Assembly (NCBI GenBank): GCA_037446635.1
Contig: JBBIIG010000015.1
Location: 32,060 to 79,745, forward strand
DNA length: 47,686 bases
Source: a bacterium
Lineage (GTDB): Bacteria > Zhuqueibacterota > Zhuqueibacteria > Oceanimicrobiales > Oceanimicrobiaceae
Reading direction: 5' to 3'
The notes below the pieces were generated by a model, which ran no database searches, had not been told where the DNA came from, and saw only the letters and a list, made by a program, of their open reading frames with translations. The position numbers were made by a program, and so were the translations under genes. Of the stretch, positions 8,897 to 20,295 are shown one piece after another (the first letter of the stretch is position 1; each line of letters begins with the position of its first letter).

Positions 8897-10808
8897 ATGC
8901 TCCAGCTTACCCAAAACCTCCGCTCCGGCGAAATGCAACTTTTGGAGACGCCTTTGCCGGCGCTTGGCGAGGGCAGCGTTCTCGTCCGCTGTAGTTACTC
9001 GCTTATCAGTGCCGGCACCGAGGGCAAGCGCGTTCACGACGCTAAGTTGGGCTATGTCGCCAAAGCGCGCGCCCGCAAGAAGGAAGTCCATCAGATTTTG
9101 CAGTCGGTCAGAGTCAATGGCTTGCAAACAACTTATCGGTTGGTGAGCAACAAATTGGATGCGCCGGCGGCTTTGGGCTATTCCTGCGCCGGCGAAGTGG
9201 TGGCCGTGGGCGCGAACGTGCGGCATCTGAAAGTAGGGGATAAAGCTGCGTGCGGCGGAGGCGATGCGGCACACGCCGAGGTGGTTTCAGTGCCAGTTAA
9301 TCTTTGCGTCCGGGTTCCTGACAATGTGCCGCTGGAGCAAGCGGCGTTCACCACCCTCGGCGCCATCGCCATGCAGGGGGTGCGCCAGGCCGATCTGAGA
9401 TTAGGAGAGAGCTGCGCTGTCATCGGTTTGGGATTGGTCGGGCAGCTCACCATGCAAATTCTGCAAGCGGCCGGCGTGCGCACCATCGGCATCGACCTCG
9501 ATGCGCGAGCGGTGGAGTTGGCGGCAGAGCTCGGCGCGAACCTGGCGCTGGCGCGCGGCGCCGAGTATCTCGAAAATAGCGTTGCGGATTTCACCACTGG
9601 CTTCGGCGTGGACGCTGTCATCATTGCCGCCGGTGCGGCGTCCCTCGATCCCATCGAGCTGGCGGGGCGGCTGTGCCGCCACAAAGGCCGGGTGGTGGTA
9701 GTCGGAAGCGTGCCCACCGGCTTCAGCCGCGAGCATTATTATAGGAAAGAGCTGGAGCTGCGGATGTCGTGCTCCTACGGCCCCGGCCGCTACGACGACC
9801 ACTACGAGCAAAAGGGCATCGACTACCCGATCGGCTACGTGCGCTGGACCGAGAACCGCAACATGGCGGCGTTCGTGCAGTTGCTGGCCGACGGCAAGCT
9901 TCATCTCGAGCGGCTGATCACCCACCGTTTTCCATTTGAGCAGGCGCCGCGGGCTTATGAGCTCATTCTGCAGAAAAAGGAATTTTTCGTGGGCGTGCTG
10001 CTGGAGTACGACACCGCCAGGCCCCTGGCCCCGCGACTCGCGCCCCAAAACGGCCAGCTTCCCAAAAGCGCTCAACTCAAGATTGGATTGATTGGCGCCG
10101 GCGCGTTTGCGCAAAACGTTTTGCTGCCCCATCTGCGAGGGCAAGGGGAGCTGGTGGGCGTGGCTACGGCGCACGGCTACAGCGCGCGCCACGTTGCCGA
10201 CAAATACGGTTTTTCCTATTCCACGTGCGACGCTGATCAGGTGCTGGAGGATCCGGCGATCAACACGGTGTTTATCGCCACCCGCCACCATTCGCATCAA
10301 CGCGGGCGCGGCGGCCTCCGGCCACTGGGTTCACGATCCGCAGATTGGCGGCGGGCGCATCCTCGGCGAGGTTTGCCACTTCGTGGATGTAGCGCGATTT
10401 CTCGCGGGCGCGCCCATTGTTAGTGTGTCCGCCGGCGCCCTGGACACTCGGCTGAATGTGCAGGACAGCGTGGTGGTGAATTTGAGTTTTGCCAATGGTT
10501 CGCTGGCGGCAATTTCGTATTTTTCCAACGGCAGCAAACAGTTGGGCAAAGAGCATCTCGAAGTGTTTTGCGCTGGGCAGGTGGCCGTTATTGATGACTT
10601 CAGAAATCTGAAGATTGTTGGCGCTAAGACAACGCGATCGCGGGGCCGCCCGGACAAAGGGCATCAGCACGAGGTGGCGGCCTTTCTAGAGTCCGTTAAA
10701 AACGGCGGCCCGTCTCCCATTCCGTTTCCAGAACTTTACGATTCGACGCTGGCTACCTTCAAGATTTTGGAATCGCTGCGCACGGGCCAAACGATTCGTT
10801 TGCTTTAA
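8897..10808 (+). pseudogene. Bi-domain oxidoreductase (Zn-ADH-like + Gfo/Idh/MocA) with internal deletion and frameshift near 10292
   Basis: SLISAGTE, LGYSCAG, SYGPGRYD..YVRWTENRNM, IGLIGAGAFA in the first frame up to VFIATRHHSH; RINAG..HW..DPQIGGGRILGEVCHFVD continues in another frame; the EKP segment is absent. Confidence 0.85.
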
Positions 10809-10906
10809 GTGGGTTCCGCGCGAAGCGCAGCGGTCTCCCCTCTTTCCTCAGGCAGCGCTTCGCGCGGGCTATGTTTTCCTCCAGACTGTGATACCTTCTT
10901 GATGAC

Positions 10907-12142
10907 ATGATTCTCCATCCCACAACCGAAACGACAGCGGTGGCTGCGCCGGCGATTTCCGGCCCGGCCTCCTCCGCCGTTTCTTCCGCGCTCGCCCGGC
11001 TCAGAAAATACATCGAGCGCGAACAGTTCAAAGGCTACGATCCTTACGATATGTTAAATTGCCCCATCGACTTGAGAAGGTTTGGCAAGTGGCTGCCGAT
11101 TTTGGCGACGCAATTTCAAAAGCGCTGCCCGCTGAATTTCAGGCCGTGGTTAGGGATCAAAAAAGAATATAATCCCAAAGCGCTGGGACTTTTGTTGACC
11201 GCCTATTCCAATCTGGCGTGGCTCGATCCCCAGGCTAATTTTGAAAATCGGCTGGCTTTTCTTTTTGACTGGTTGCAAGCGAACATGTCAAAAGGTTTCA
11301 GCGGAGCGTGCTGGGGCTACAATTTTGCCTGGGCGAGTCCGCAAAAGTATTTGCCGCGCTTCGCGCCGTCGGTGGTGGTGACGGGAATAGTGGGAAAGGG
11401 GCTGTTCGATTACTTCGCGCTCAGCGGCAACCCATCGGCGTTTGAGCTTTTGCGGAACTCCTGCCAATTCATTTTGCGCGATTTGCCGCGCACGCGCACC
11501 CGAGAAGGCATCATTTTCAGCTACACGCCGTTTGCCAAAGACGGCTGTTTCAACGCCAGCCTGTTGGGTGCAGAAATTTTGGCGAAGGTTTATTCGGTAA
11601 CGGGTGAAACGAAATTAAAGGAACTGGCCCGCGCTGCTTTGGATTTTGTGGTCGCCCATCAGAAAGAAGACGGCCGCTGGAACTACAGCATTGATTTCCA
11701 AACCGGCCGCGAGCGCGCGCAAATCGACTTCCACCAGGGGTACGTGCTGGAATCGATCTACGAGATCATCCGCCATCTAAATTTAAGCGATCGCCGCTAC
11801 CTCGAAAGCATCAGAAAGGGCGCAGAATTTTACCGTCGACAGCAGTTCTTCGCCACGGGCCAGGCCAAATGGCGGCTGCCGCGCGTCTGGCCGGTGGACA
11901 TTCACAACCAGGCGCAGGGCGTCATCACCTTCAGCAAGTTGGGGGAAATCGACCCGCGCTACCGGACGTTCGCGAAAACCATCGCCCTTTGGACCATCGA
12001 GCACATGCAGGACGCCGCCGGCTTTTTCTACTATCGCCGCTCCCGTTTTTTCACCAACAAAATTTCTTACCTGCGTTGGTCGCAAGCGTGGATGATGGCG
12101 GCACTGTCGGTTTTGTTGTTGCAGGATACGAGCAGATCATGA
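10907..12142 (+). CDS. Conserved polysaccharide-locus protein, probable alpha/alpha-barrel fold, function unknown
   Basis: GYDPYD, CWGYNFAW, FSYTP, Q..DGRWNY, IDFHQGY, WPVDIHNQAQG, YLRWSQAWM motifs; usual neighbour of bi-domain oxidoreductases. Confidence 0.75.
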   Translation: MILHPTTETTAVAAPAISGPASSAVSSALARLRKYIEREQFKGYDPYDMLNCPIDLRRFGKWLPILATQFQKRCPLNFRPWLGIKKEYNPKALGLLLTAYSNLAWLDPQANFENRLAFLFDWLQANMSKGFSGACWGYNFAWASPQKYLPRFAPSVVVTGIVGKGLFDYFALSGNPSAFELLRNSCQFILRDLPRTRTREGIIFSYTPFAKDGCFNASLLGAEILAKVYSVTGETKLKELARAALDFVVAHQKEDGRWNYSIDFQTGRERAQIDFHQGYVLESIYEIIRHLNLSDRRYLESIRKGAEFYRRQQFFATGQAKWRLPRVWPVDIHNQAQGVITFSKLGEIDPRYRTFAKTIALWTIEHMQDAAGFFYYRRSRFFTNKISYLRWSQAWMMAALSVLLLQDTSRS

Positions 12143-13237
12143 AAATCTTTTTTCACCTCGGCCATCCGGCGCACTATCACTTGTTCAAGCACGTTATCCA
12201 CCAGCTTCAAATTGGCGGACACCGCATTTTGATTTTGATCAAAAATAAGGACGTGTTGGAAGAGCTGCTGCAGGCAGATCATTTGAAATACCTGAACATT
12301 CTCCCCCAGGGCCACGACGGCAGCAAGTGGTCGATTGCGCGCGGCGTGCTCACGAAAGATCGGGCGATCTTCCGGTTGGCGCGCAGCGAGAAACCCGATC
12401 TTATGGTGGGAACCTCCATTGAAATTTCGCACGTCGGCCGGCTGCTGGGCATCCCGTCGGTGGTTGTCAACGAAGATGACTTCGATGCGGTGCCGCTGTT
12501 TGCTTTTCTGAGTTATCCGTTTGCCGAAACTCTGCTGTCGCCGCATTCCTGCAAAATGGGAAGATGGCAATTCAAGAATATCTCATACAACGGTTATCAC
12601 GAGCTCGCTTACCTGCATCCAAACTATTTTCAACCGGAGGCAGACAAAGCTTTGCAATGCGCCGGCGGGGACAAATATTGCCTGCTGCGATTTGCAAACC
12701 TCACGGCGCACCACGACGCCGGCAAAGCCGGCATCAACCGCGAGCTGGCCCGCCGCATCATCGCCCGGTTGCGCCGAAGCGGGTATCGCGTTTTTATCAG
12801 CTCGGAGCGGCCGCTAGAGCCGGAGTTCGAGCCGTACCGCATTAAAATCAAACCCTCCGACATGCACCACGTCCTGAGTTACGCCGAGCTTTTTATTGGC
12901 GACAGCCAAACCATGACCGCCGAAGCCGCGGTGCTAGGCACGCCGGCTTTGCGCTGCAATGACTTTGTGGGCCGGTTGGGCTACCTCGAAGAATTGGAGC
13001 ACCGCTACCATCTGACTTACGGTTTCAAGACTTCGGCGCCGGAAAAGTTGCTGGCAAAAATCCGGCAGATGATGAGCACGCCCAACCTCAAAGAAATCTG
13101 GCAAGCGCGCCGGCAAAAAATGCTCGCCGAGAAAATCGATGTGACTGCTTTCATGGTTTGGTTTATTGAAAATTACCCCGAAAGCGCCGCTATCATGCGC
13201 GCCAATCCCTACTACCAATATCGCTTCCAACCCGATT

Positions 13238-13266
<29 letters not shown>
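12139..13266 (+). CDS. DUF354 family protein (GT-B-like)
   Basis: MKIFFHLGHPAHYHLFK start (ATGA overlap), YHELAYLHPNYF, IGDSQTMTAEAAVLGTP. Confidence 0.88.
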
Positions 13267-15312
<2,046 letters not shown>

Positions 15313-15325
15313 AACTGCAAATCGT

Positions 15326-16456
15326 GTGACTTTACCAATAGAAGAATCATCCGGATCGGTACATTTGAGAATTCTGAACGTGGTGGGCGCCCGGCCCAAC
15401 TATATGAAGATCGCGCCGCTGATGAAAGAGCTGAATCGGCAGGTTGAATTTCAGACTCGGCTGGTGCACACCGGCCAGCATTACAGTGCGGCGATGTCGC
15501 AATTATTTTTTGATGAGCTGGGCCTGCCGCCGCCGGATTTTTATTTAGGTGTCGGTTCCGGCCATCACGGCGAGCAGACCGGCAAGATCATGATCGAATT
15601 TGAAAAAGTTGTGTTGGCGGAGAAGCCGGAGTACGTCGTCGTGGTAGGGGATGTGAATTCCACCGTGGCCTGCGCGCTGGTGGCGGTGAAGCAAGGCGTC
15701 AAAGTCGCGCACGTAGAGGCCGGCCTCCGCAGTTTTGACCGCACGATGCCCGAGGAAATCAATCGCGTGTTGACCGATCAAATTTCAGATTTGCTTTTTA
15801 CCACCGAAGCCAGCGCCGAGCGGAATCTCGCGCGTGAGGGAATCGAGAAGGGCAAAATTCATTTTGTCGGCAATTTGATGATCGACGCGCTGTTTCAGCA
15901 TTTGCAGAAAGCCCACCAATCGCGCATTCGCGCAAAATTGCATCTCGAAGACGGCGAATTCTGCCTGCTGACGCTGCACCGTCCCAGCAACGTGGACGAT
16001 GAGCGGCCGTTGCGCACCATACTTTTTGCCCTGAATGAAATCCAGAAGCGCCTGCGGATTGTTTTTCCGACTCATCCGCGCACCCAAAAAAATTTAGAAC
16101 AACTCGGCTTGGCTAAAATTTTGAGGGAAATGCCGAACCTGCTCGTCACCGAAGCGCTGGGTTATCTCGATTTTATTCACCTGTTGGCGCACGCCAAATT
16201 TGTGCTCACCGACTCCGGCGGGATTCAGGAGGAAACCACTGCGCTCAACATTCCCTGTTTGACGCTGCGGGAAAATACCGAGCGTCCGATTACCGTGGAG
16301 CAGGGAACCAACCAGATTGTCGGTTCGGATGCCGAAAAAATCGTGAAAGAAGCGGAAAGAATTATCAACGGCAATTTCAAAACCGGGAGGCGGCCGGAGT
16401 TGTGGGACGGCCATGCCGCCCGCCGCATTATTGAGGTTTTCCTGAAAACGGTTTGA
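15326..16456 (+). CDS. wecB: UDP-N-acetylglucosamine 2-epimerase (non-hydrolysing)
   Basis: VVGARPNYMK, HTGQHY, GDVNST, HVEAGLRS, MPEEINR, TDSGGIQEE, RENTERP; start may be TTG 15365. Confidence 0.95.
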   Translation: MTLPIEESSGSVHLRILNVVGARPNYMKIAPLMKELNRQVEFQTRLVHTGQHYSAAMSQLFFDELGLPPPDFYLGVGSGHHGEQTGKIMIEFEKVVLAEKPEYVVVVGDVNSTVACALVAVKQGVKVAHVEAGLRSFDRTMPEEINRVLTDQISDLLFTTEASAERNLAREGIEKGKIHFVGNLMIDALFQHLQKAHQSRIRAKLHLEDGEFCLLTLHRPSNVDDERPLRTILFALNEIQKRLRIVFPTHPRTQKNLEQLGLAKILREMPNLLVTEALGYLDFIHLLAHAKFVLTDSGGIQEETTALNIPCLTLRENTERPITVEQGTNQIVGSDAEKIVKEAERIINGNFKTGRRPELWDGHAARRIIEVFLKTV

Positions 16457-16490
16457 CGCCGTCGCAAACAATTTCGTCTCCTGCAAACAG

Positions 16491-16525
16491 AAACCCTTGA
16501 ACCGCTTTTGGTTCAAGGGTTTTTT
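16491..16525 (+). terminator. Rho-independent terminator ending the polysaccharide operon
   Basis: AAACCCTTGAACC-gctttt-GGTTCAAGGGTTT followed by T-run. Confidence 0.88.
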
Positions 16526-16558
16526 ATTTGTGGGGCAATAATGTGGCAATGAAAAGGC

Positions 16559-16587
16559 TTGTATTGGCAGAAATTTTTCTATAGATT
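16559..16587 (+). promoter_or_regulatory. Putative sigma70 promoter of the TA module
   Basis: TTGTAT-17bp-TAGATT. Confidence 0.5.
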
Positions 16588-16612
16588 TCGAAAACAAAAT
16601 TGAGGATGAGTA

Positions 16613-16861
16613 ATGTCCGAACAACTAAAACAAATTGAAGAACAAGCGCTTTTACTTCCGGCAGCGGACAGGGAAATTTTGGCCAACAGACTTTTGGACA
16701 GTCTTGATGACGAGCCCTTAACCGATGTCGATGAGGCTTGGATTGAAGAAGCGGAAAAGCGCTACGAACGATTTAAAGCCGGAATTACTAAGGGGATACC
16801 GGGGGAGAAAATATTTGCTGACATTCGGCGAGAGTTGGGTTGGCAAAAATATAATCTATGA
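16613..16861 (+). CDS. Putative addiction-module antitoxin (TIGR02574-like)
   Basis: AL.LP..DR..LA..LL.SLD...VDEAW.EEAEKR pattern; GAGG RBS; precedes RelE/ParE remnant. Confidence 0.85.
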   Translation: MSEQLKQIEEQALLLPAADREILANRLLDSLDDEPLTDVDEAWIEEAEKRYERFKAGITKGIPGEKIFADIRRELGWQKYNL

Positions 16862-17141
16862 TCCAGAGGCTAAGCTCGAGATTAAAGAAGCAACCGAATT
16901 CTATGAAGGCTGCCGGGATGAATTGGGTCAGTCCTTTTTGAAAGAACTCGAGTCGGCGATTGACGACCTCACCGAAAATCCCTTCGCGTGGCGCCGGACT
17001 TAGTGGAAGATTCCGGCGACCCTTATTAAAGATTTCCCTACGGCCGTCATATATTCTGTAGATGATGACGAGATTTTTATAGCAGCAGTGATGCACCTCA
17101 AGCGACGTCCAGGTTATTGGAAGAAGCGATTCAAAAAATAG
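16840..17141 (+). pseudogene. Disrupted RelE/ParE-family toxin
   Basis: IIYDPEAKLEIKEATEFYE..LG..F..ELE.AI..L.ENP.AW, TAG at 17001-17003, then VIYSV...IFIAAVMHLKRRPGYWKKR; no in-frame start near the family N-terminus. Confidence 0.82.
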
Positions 17142-17161
17142 AGCTCTCTCATGGAATGAAC

Positions 17162-17197
17162 GGCTGTAATCTGTGATTATCGATTACGGCCTTTTTT
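17162..17197 (+). terminator. Rho-independent terminator after the TA module
   Basis: GGCTGTAATC..GATTACGGCC stem plus TTTTTT. Confidence 0.7.
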
Positions 17198-17246
17198 ATT
17201 TTTGGGGCCCTGTTTCTTGGTGAAATTTTTCTTTTTTGATAATTTT

Positions 17247-17438
17247 TCATTCTTCCCAATTATCGAACCAATGCTCGCCGTCGTCGTTATCCAATGTGAC
17301 TAGCCTTCCAATCCAGACCACCGGATTCCACTCGCTCAGACCAAGCTGCTCTGCGTTCTGCCGGTATTCGTCCGTCGGAACAAACGCCTCGAGTTGCTCG
17401 ATGTACTTGAACACTTTAACTGTTGGCATATTAGTCAT
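17247..17438 (-). pseudogene. Short orphan ORF, probably a truncated gene remnant
   Basis: 63 aa with globular protein-like composition (LGLSEWNPVVWIGRL..GEHWFDNW) ending abruptly. Confidence 0.4.
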
Positions 17439-17540
17439 TGTTATTGCTGGCGATGAATCGGGTTATGCAAAACATTTCTTCTGACTAAGCTTGTTCTAAG
17501 TTCAGGATTTCTTCGACCAAAATTTCTCCAGCCAAAGAGC

Positions 17541-17568
17541 TTGACAATTTGAAGAAAATTGCTAAATT
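17541..17568 (+). promoter_or_regulatory. Sigma70 promoter of the tRNA-Thr unit
   Basis: TTGACA-16bp-TAAATT with extended TG. Confidence 0.7.
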
Positions 17569-17593
17569 ATCGCCGTTGGACGTAAGCCACCCG

Positions 17594-17665
17594 GCCACCG
17601 TAGCTCAATGGCAGAGCAGCTGATTCGTAATCAGCAGGTTAACGGTTCAAGTCCGTTCGGTGGCT
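17594..17665 (+). tRNA. tRNA-Thr (CGT)
   Basis: GCCACCG/CGGTGGC acceptor, GCTC/GAGC D stem, GCTGA-TTCGTAA-TCAGC anticodon arm, AACGG-TTCAAGT-CCGTT T arm; CCA not encoded. Confidence 0.97.
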
Positions 17666-17696
17666 CATTTCATCACCATAAGCACACCAGGTCGTT

Positions 17697-18614
17697 ATGC
17701 GAAATTTTCTTTCCTCGTTGCTCATCACACTGATTTTTCTGCCAAACTTGCTGCGAGCTGAAAATCCAGTGGGGTTCGATTTCTTGCGCACCTTCGTTGG
17801 CGCACGGCCGTCAGCGATGGCGGGCGCATTCGTGGCGATGCCGGGAGACATTCACAATTTGATTTATAATCCCGCAGGACTCGCTGCCCTCAACAAACGT
17901 CAGGGGACGCTCTCCTATCTCAACCACCTGCTCGATTTTCAATCTGGATTTTTAGCTTACGCCCAGCCATTTCACAAAGGCGCCATTGCCGCCGGGCTGC
18001 ACTTTTTCGACTACGGCCAGTTCGAGGGTAAAGATGAAAACAATCAGGACACCGGCGAATTCGGCTCCCATAGCTTAACCCTGTCTTTGAGTTATTCCCG
18101 CTTCTTAAAAACTAATTTGGCCGTGGGCGCCAGCGCAAAATTTATTCGGTTTCAAATTGACGAATTTTCTGAAACCGCGGTGGCGGCGGATTTCGGTGTG
18201 ATGTATTCTTTCCCGGCTCAGATGCTCAACTTAGGTTTGGGCGTGTTCAATCTCGGAACCACCACCAGCGCGTTTATTGAATCCAAAGATGACCTGCCGC
18301 TCAATTTTCAATTGGGCGCCTCAAAGCGGCTGGAGCACCTGCCGCTGCTGCTCAGCGGGGCGTTGGTGAAATTCAAAGGCGAGGGTATCGATTTTCGTTT
18401 GGGCGGCGAATTTAATTTGACCGAGCAGTTGTTTTTGCGATTGGGCTACAATTCCGTCGGCCAGGATCAAAAGGTCGATACCAGCAAGGATCGTCTGGCG
18501 GGCGTTTCATTCGGATTGGGATTTCAGCTCAATTCGTTTAACATCGACTATTCGTTTTCGTCGTTCGGGGAAGTGGGCAGCCTCAATCGCATCACGTTGA
18601 TTGGCCGGTTTTAA
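17697..18614 (+). CDS. PorV/PorQ-family (T9SS-like) outer-membrane beta-barrel
   Basis: Signal peptide, FL...[14 protein letters not shown]...LIYNPAGLA motif, LRLGY, IDYSF, terminal Phe. Confidence 0.85.
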   Translation: MRNFLSSLLITLIFLPNLLRAENPVGFDFLRTFVGARPSAMAGAFVAMPGDIHNLIYNPAGLAALNKRQGTLSYLNHLLDFQSGFLAYAQPFHKGAIAAGLHFFDYGQFEGKDENNQDTGEFGSHSLTLSLSYSRFLKTNLAVGASAKFIRFQIDEFSETAVAADFGVMYSFPAQMLNLGLGVFNLGTTTSAFIESKDDLPLNFQLGASKRLEHLPLLLSGALVKFKGEGIDFRLGGEFNLTEQLFLRLGYNSVGQDQKVDTSKDRLAGVSFGLGFQLNSFNIDYSFSSFGEVGSLNRITLIGRF

Positions 18615-18666
18615 AACTAAAACGGCGGAACGAAAGCGCTTCGCTGTCAAAAAAATAGGAGGGATT

Positions 18667-19119
18667 ATGTGGAAAGAATTTAAGGAATTCGCCATGCGCG
18701 GCAACGTGGTGGACATGGCCGTTGGGATCATCATCGGCGCGGCGTTTGGCGCTATTGTGTCATCGTTGGTCTCCGACGTGCTGATGCCACCGCTGGGGTT
18801 CGTTCTCGGCAACGTCGATTTTTCCAATCTGTTTATGGTATTGAAAGAAGGCAAGGCCGCGGCGCCGTATGCTTCGCTGGCGGAGGCGCAGGCCGCTGGT
18901 GCGGTCACTATTAACTACGGAGTCTTTCTCAACAAAGTGATTTCGTTTGTGATTGTGGCTTTCGCCGTCTTCATGCTGGTGAAAGGGATGAACAAACTCA
19001 AACGCCAGGAAGAACCCCAACCCACGGCCGCGCCAACCACCAAAGAATGCCCGCACTGCTTTTCGACGGTTTCCATTAAAGCGACGCGCTGCGCTTTTTG
19101 TACGTCGGAAATCAAGTAG
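18667..19119 (+). CDS. mscL: Large-conductance mechanosensitive channel with C-terminal CxxC..CxxC extension
   Basis: [50 protein letters not shown] tail. Confidence 0.96.
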   Translation: MWKEFKEFAMRGNVVDMAVGIIIGAAFGAIVSSLVSDVLMPPLGFVLGNVDFSNLFMVLKEGKAAAPYASLAEAQAAGAVTINYGVFLNKVISFVIVAFAVFMLVKGMNKLKRQEEPQPTAAPTTKECPHCFSTVSIKATRCAFCTSEIK

Positions 19120-19182
19120 AACCTGCACGAGAAAAATCTTGCAAAAAAACTTGCCCAGCAAAGTCGCCAGGGCGCTAACGAT

Positions 19183-19230
19183 CGCCTGCCTGCGTCCGCA
19201 AAGCGGATCCGCCACTGCGGACAGATAGGC
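19183..19230. repeat. Miniature palindromic element (CCTGCC..TCCGC-N3-GCGGATCCGC-N4-GCGGA)
   Basis: Related copy at 26973-27030. Confidence 0.7.
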
Positions 19231-19329
19231 AAAGAAAAATTTTTGAGGTTCCGCGTCTTTGCGTGGGCGCTTTTTTAGCGCACCGCCTGCGTGCCCACAA
19301 GTCCACGTTGAAATAAAATTGGAGGATTC

Positions 19330-20196
19330 ATGTTTGAAAAAATTGTTCGTGCTCGGTTGATATTGATTTTTATGGTCATCATTAGCACCGGAATTTTGGC
19401 GGCTCAGGAAGCGCCGCCTCCGCAATATGGATGGAAGAATGAAATCATCGGCAACCTCAATCTGACCCAGGCCAGTTTCAGCAACTGGGAACAGGGCGGA
19501 GAAAACACTCTGGCCTGGCAGGTGAATCTCACCACCGGCTTTACACTCGATCAGCAAAAATACAACTGGAAGAACAGCGGGAAATTCACGTTGGGATTTG
19601 CGAAAGTGGCCGGCGCCGCGGCGCGTAAATCTTCGGATGAAATCAACCTCGAAACTGTTTACACGCGCAAATTCAACCAGCTGCTCAATCCGTTTGTTTC
19701 CGCCACCGCTAAAACGCAATTTTTGTCCGGGTTCCGCTACCCCGACGACACCACGAAAGTAAAAATCTCAAAGTTTTTGGATCCGGGCTATTTTACTCAA
19801 AGCGTGGGCGTCGGCTATTCGCCCAATGAAATCGTGCTGTCGCGATTGGGCTTTACGTTGAAAGAAACCATCACCAGCGATTTTCCTGCACCCTTTGCCG
19901 ACGATCCCGACACGCCGGAAATCGAGAAAACCAAAATCGAGCCCGGCCTCTCTTCGATCACCGATCTCAAAAAGAAGTTTGCCGAAAATATTTTGCTGAC
20001 CTCGCGGCTGGATGTTTTCGCCGACTTCAAGGCCTTCAACCGCATCGATGTTTTGTGGGAAAACGATTTGACCTTCAAGCTCACCAAGCTGGTGAACGTC
20101 AACCTTGAATACGATTTGCTATACGATCGCGATATTTCCAAACGGCGGCAAATCCGCCAAGTGTTGTCGGTGGGGTTGAGCTATACATTTTTGTAA
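19330..20196 (+). CDS. DUF3078-family exported/outer-membrane protein
   Basis: Signal peptide, LTQASFSNWEQGGEN, RKSSDEI, KTQF..GF.Y, SKFLDPGY, GLSYTF end; GGAGG RBS. Confidence 0.85.
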   Translation: MFEKIVRARLILIFMVIISTGILAAQEAPPPQYGWKNEIIGNLNLTQASFSNWEQGGENTLAWQVNLTTGFTLDQQKYNWKNSGKFTLGFAKVAGAAARKSSDEINLETVYTRKFNQLLNPFVSATAKTQFLSGFRYPDDTTKVKISKFLDPGYFTQSVGVGYSPNEIVLSRLGFTLKETITSDFPAPFADDPDTPEIEKTKIEPGLSSITDLKKKFAENILLTSRLDVFADFKAFNRIDVLWENDLTFKLTKLVNVNLEYDLLYDRDISKRRQIRQVLSVGLSYTFL

Positions 20197-20201
20197 AGCG
20201 C

Positions 20202-20230
20202 TTGACTCTGACGAAAATCCTTTTTACTTT
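20202..20230 (+). promoter_or_regulatory. Putative sigma70 promoter
   Basis: TTGACT-17bp-TACTTT. Confidence 0.5.
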
Positions 20231-20295
20231 GCGCCGTTGTTCTTCAAGTCATTCCAAACAAACTAATGCTTTCAATAACTTTTAAGGAGGAGCTT

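Noticed and set aside
10280..10300. Programmed ribosomal frameshift
   Set aside because: No slippery site, and a conserved segment is missing, so a shift would not restore the protein
17001..17003. Amber read-through or pyrrolysine in the toxin
   Set aside because: Family-like residues around the stop read in shifted frames, which points to indels; no pyl genes in the window
17594..17700. Integrated element at the tRNA-Thr 3' end
   Set aside because: No integrase and no duplicated tRNA 3' end seen; a conserved-type envelope gene follows immediately
18760..19719. Long antisense or alternate-frame ORFs (e.g. 18760-19719, 9401-10300, 24408-25340, 38866-39720)
   Set aside because: Shadow frames of well-supported genes in GC-rich DNA
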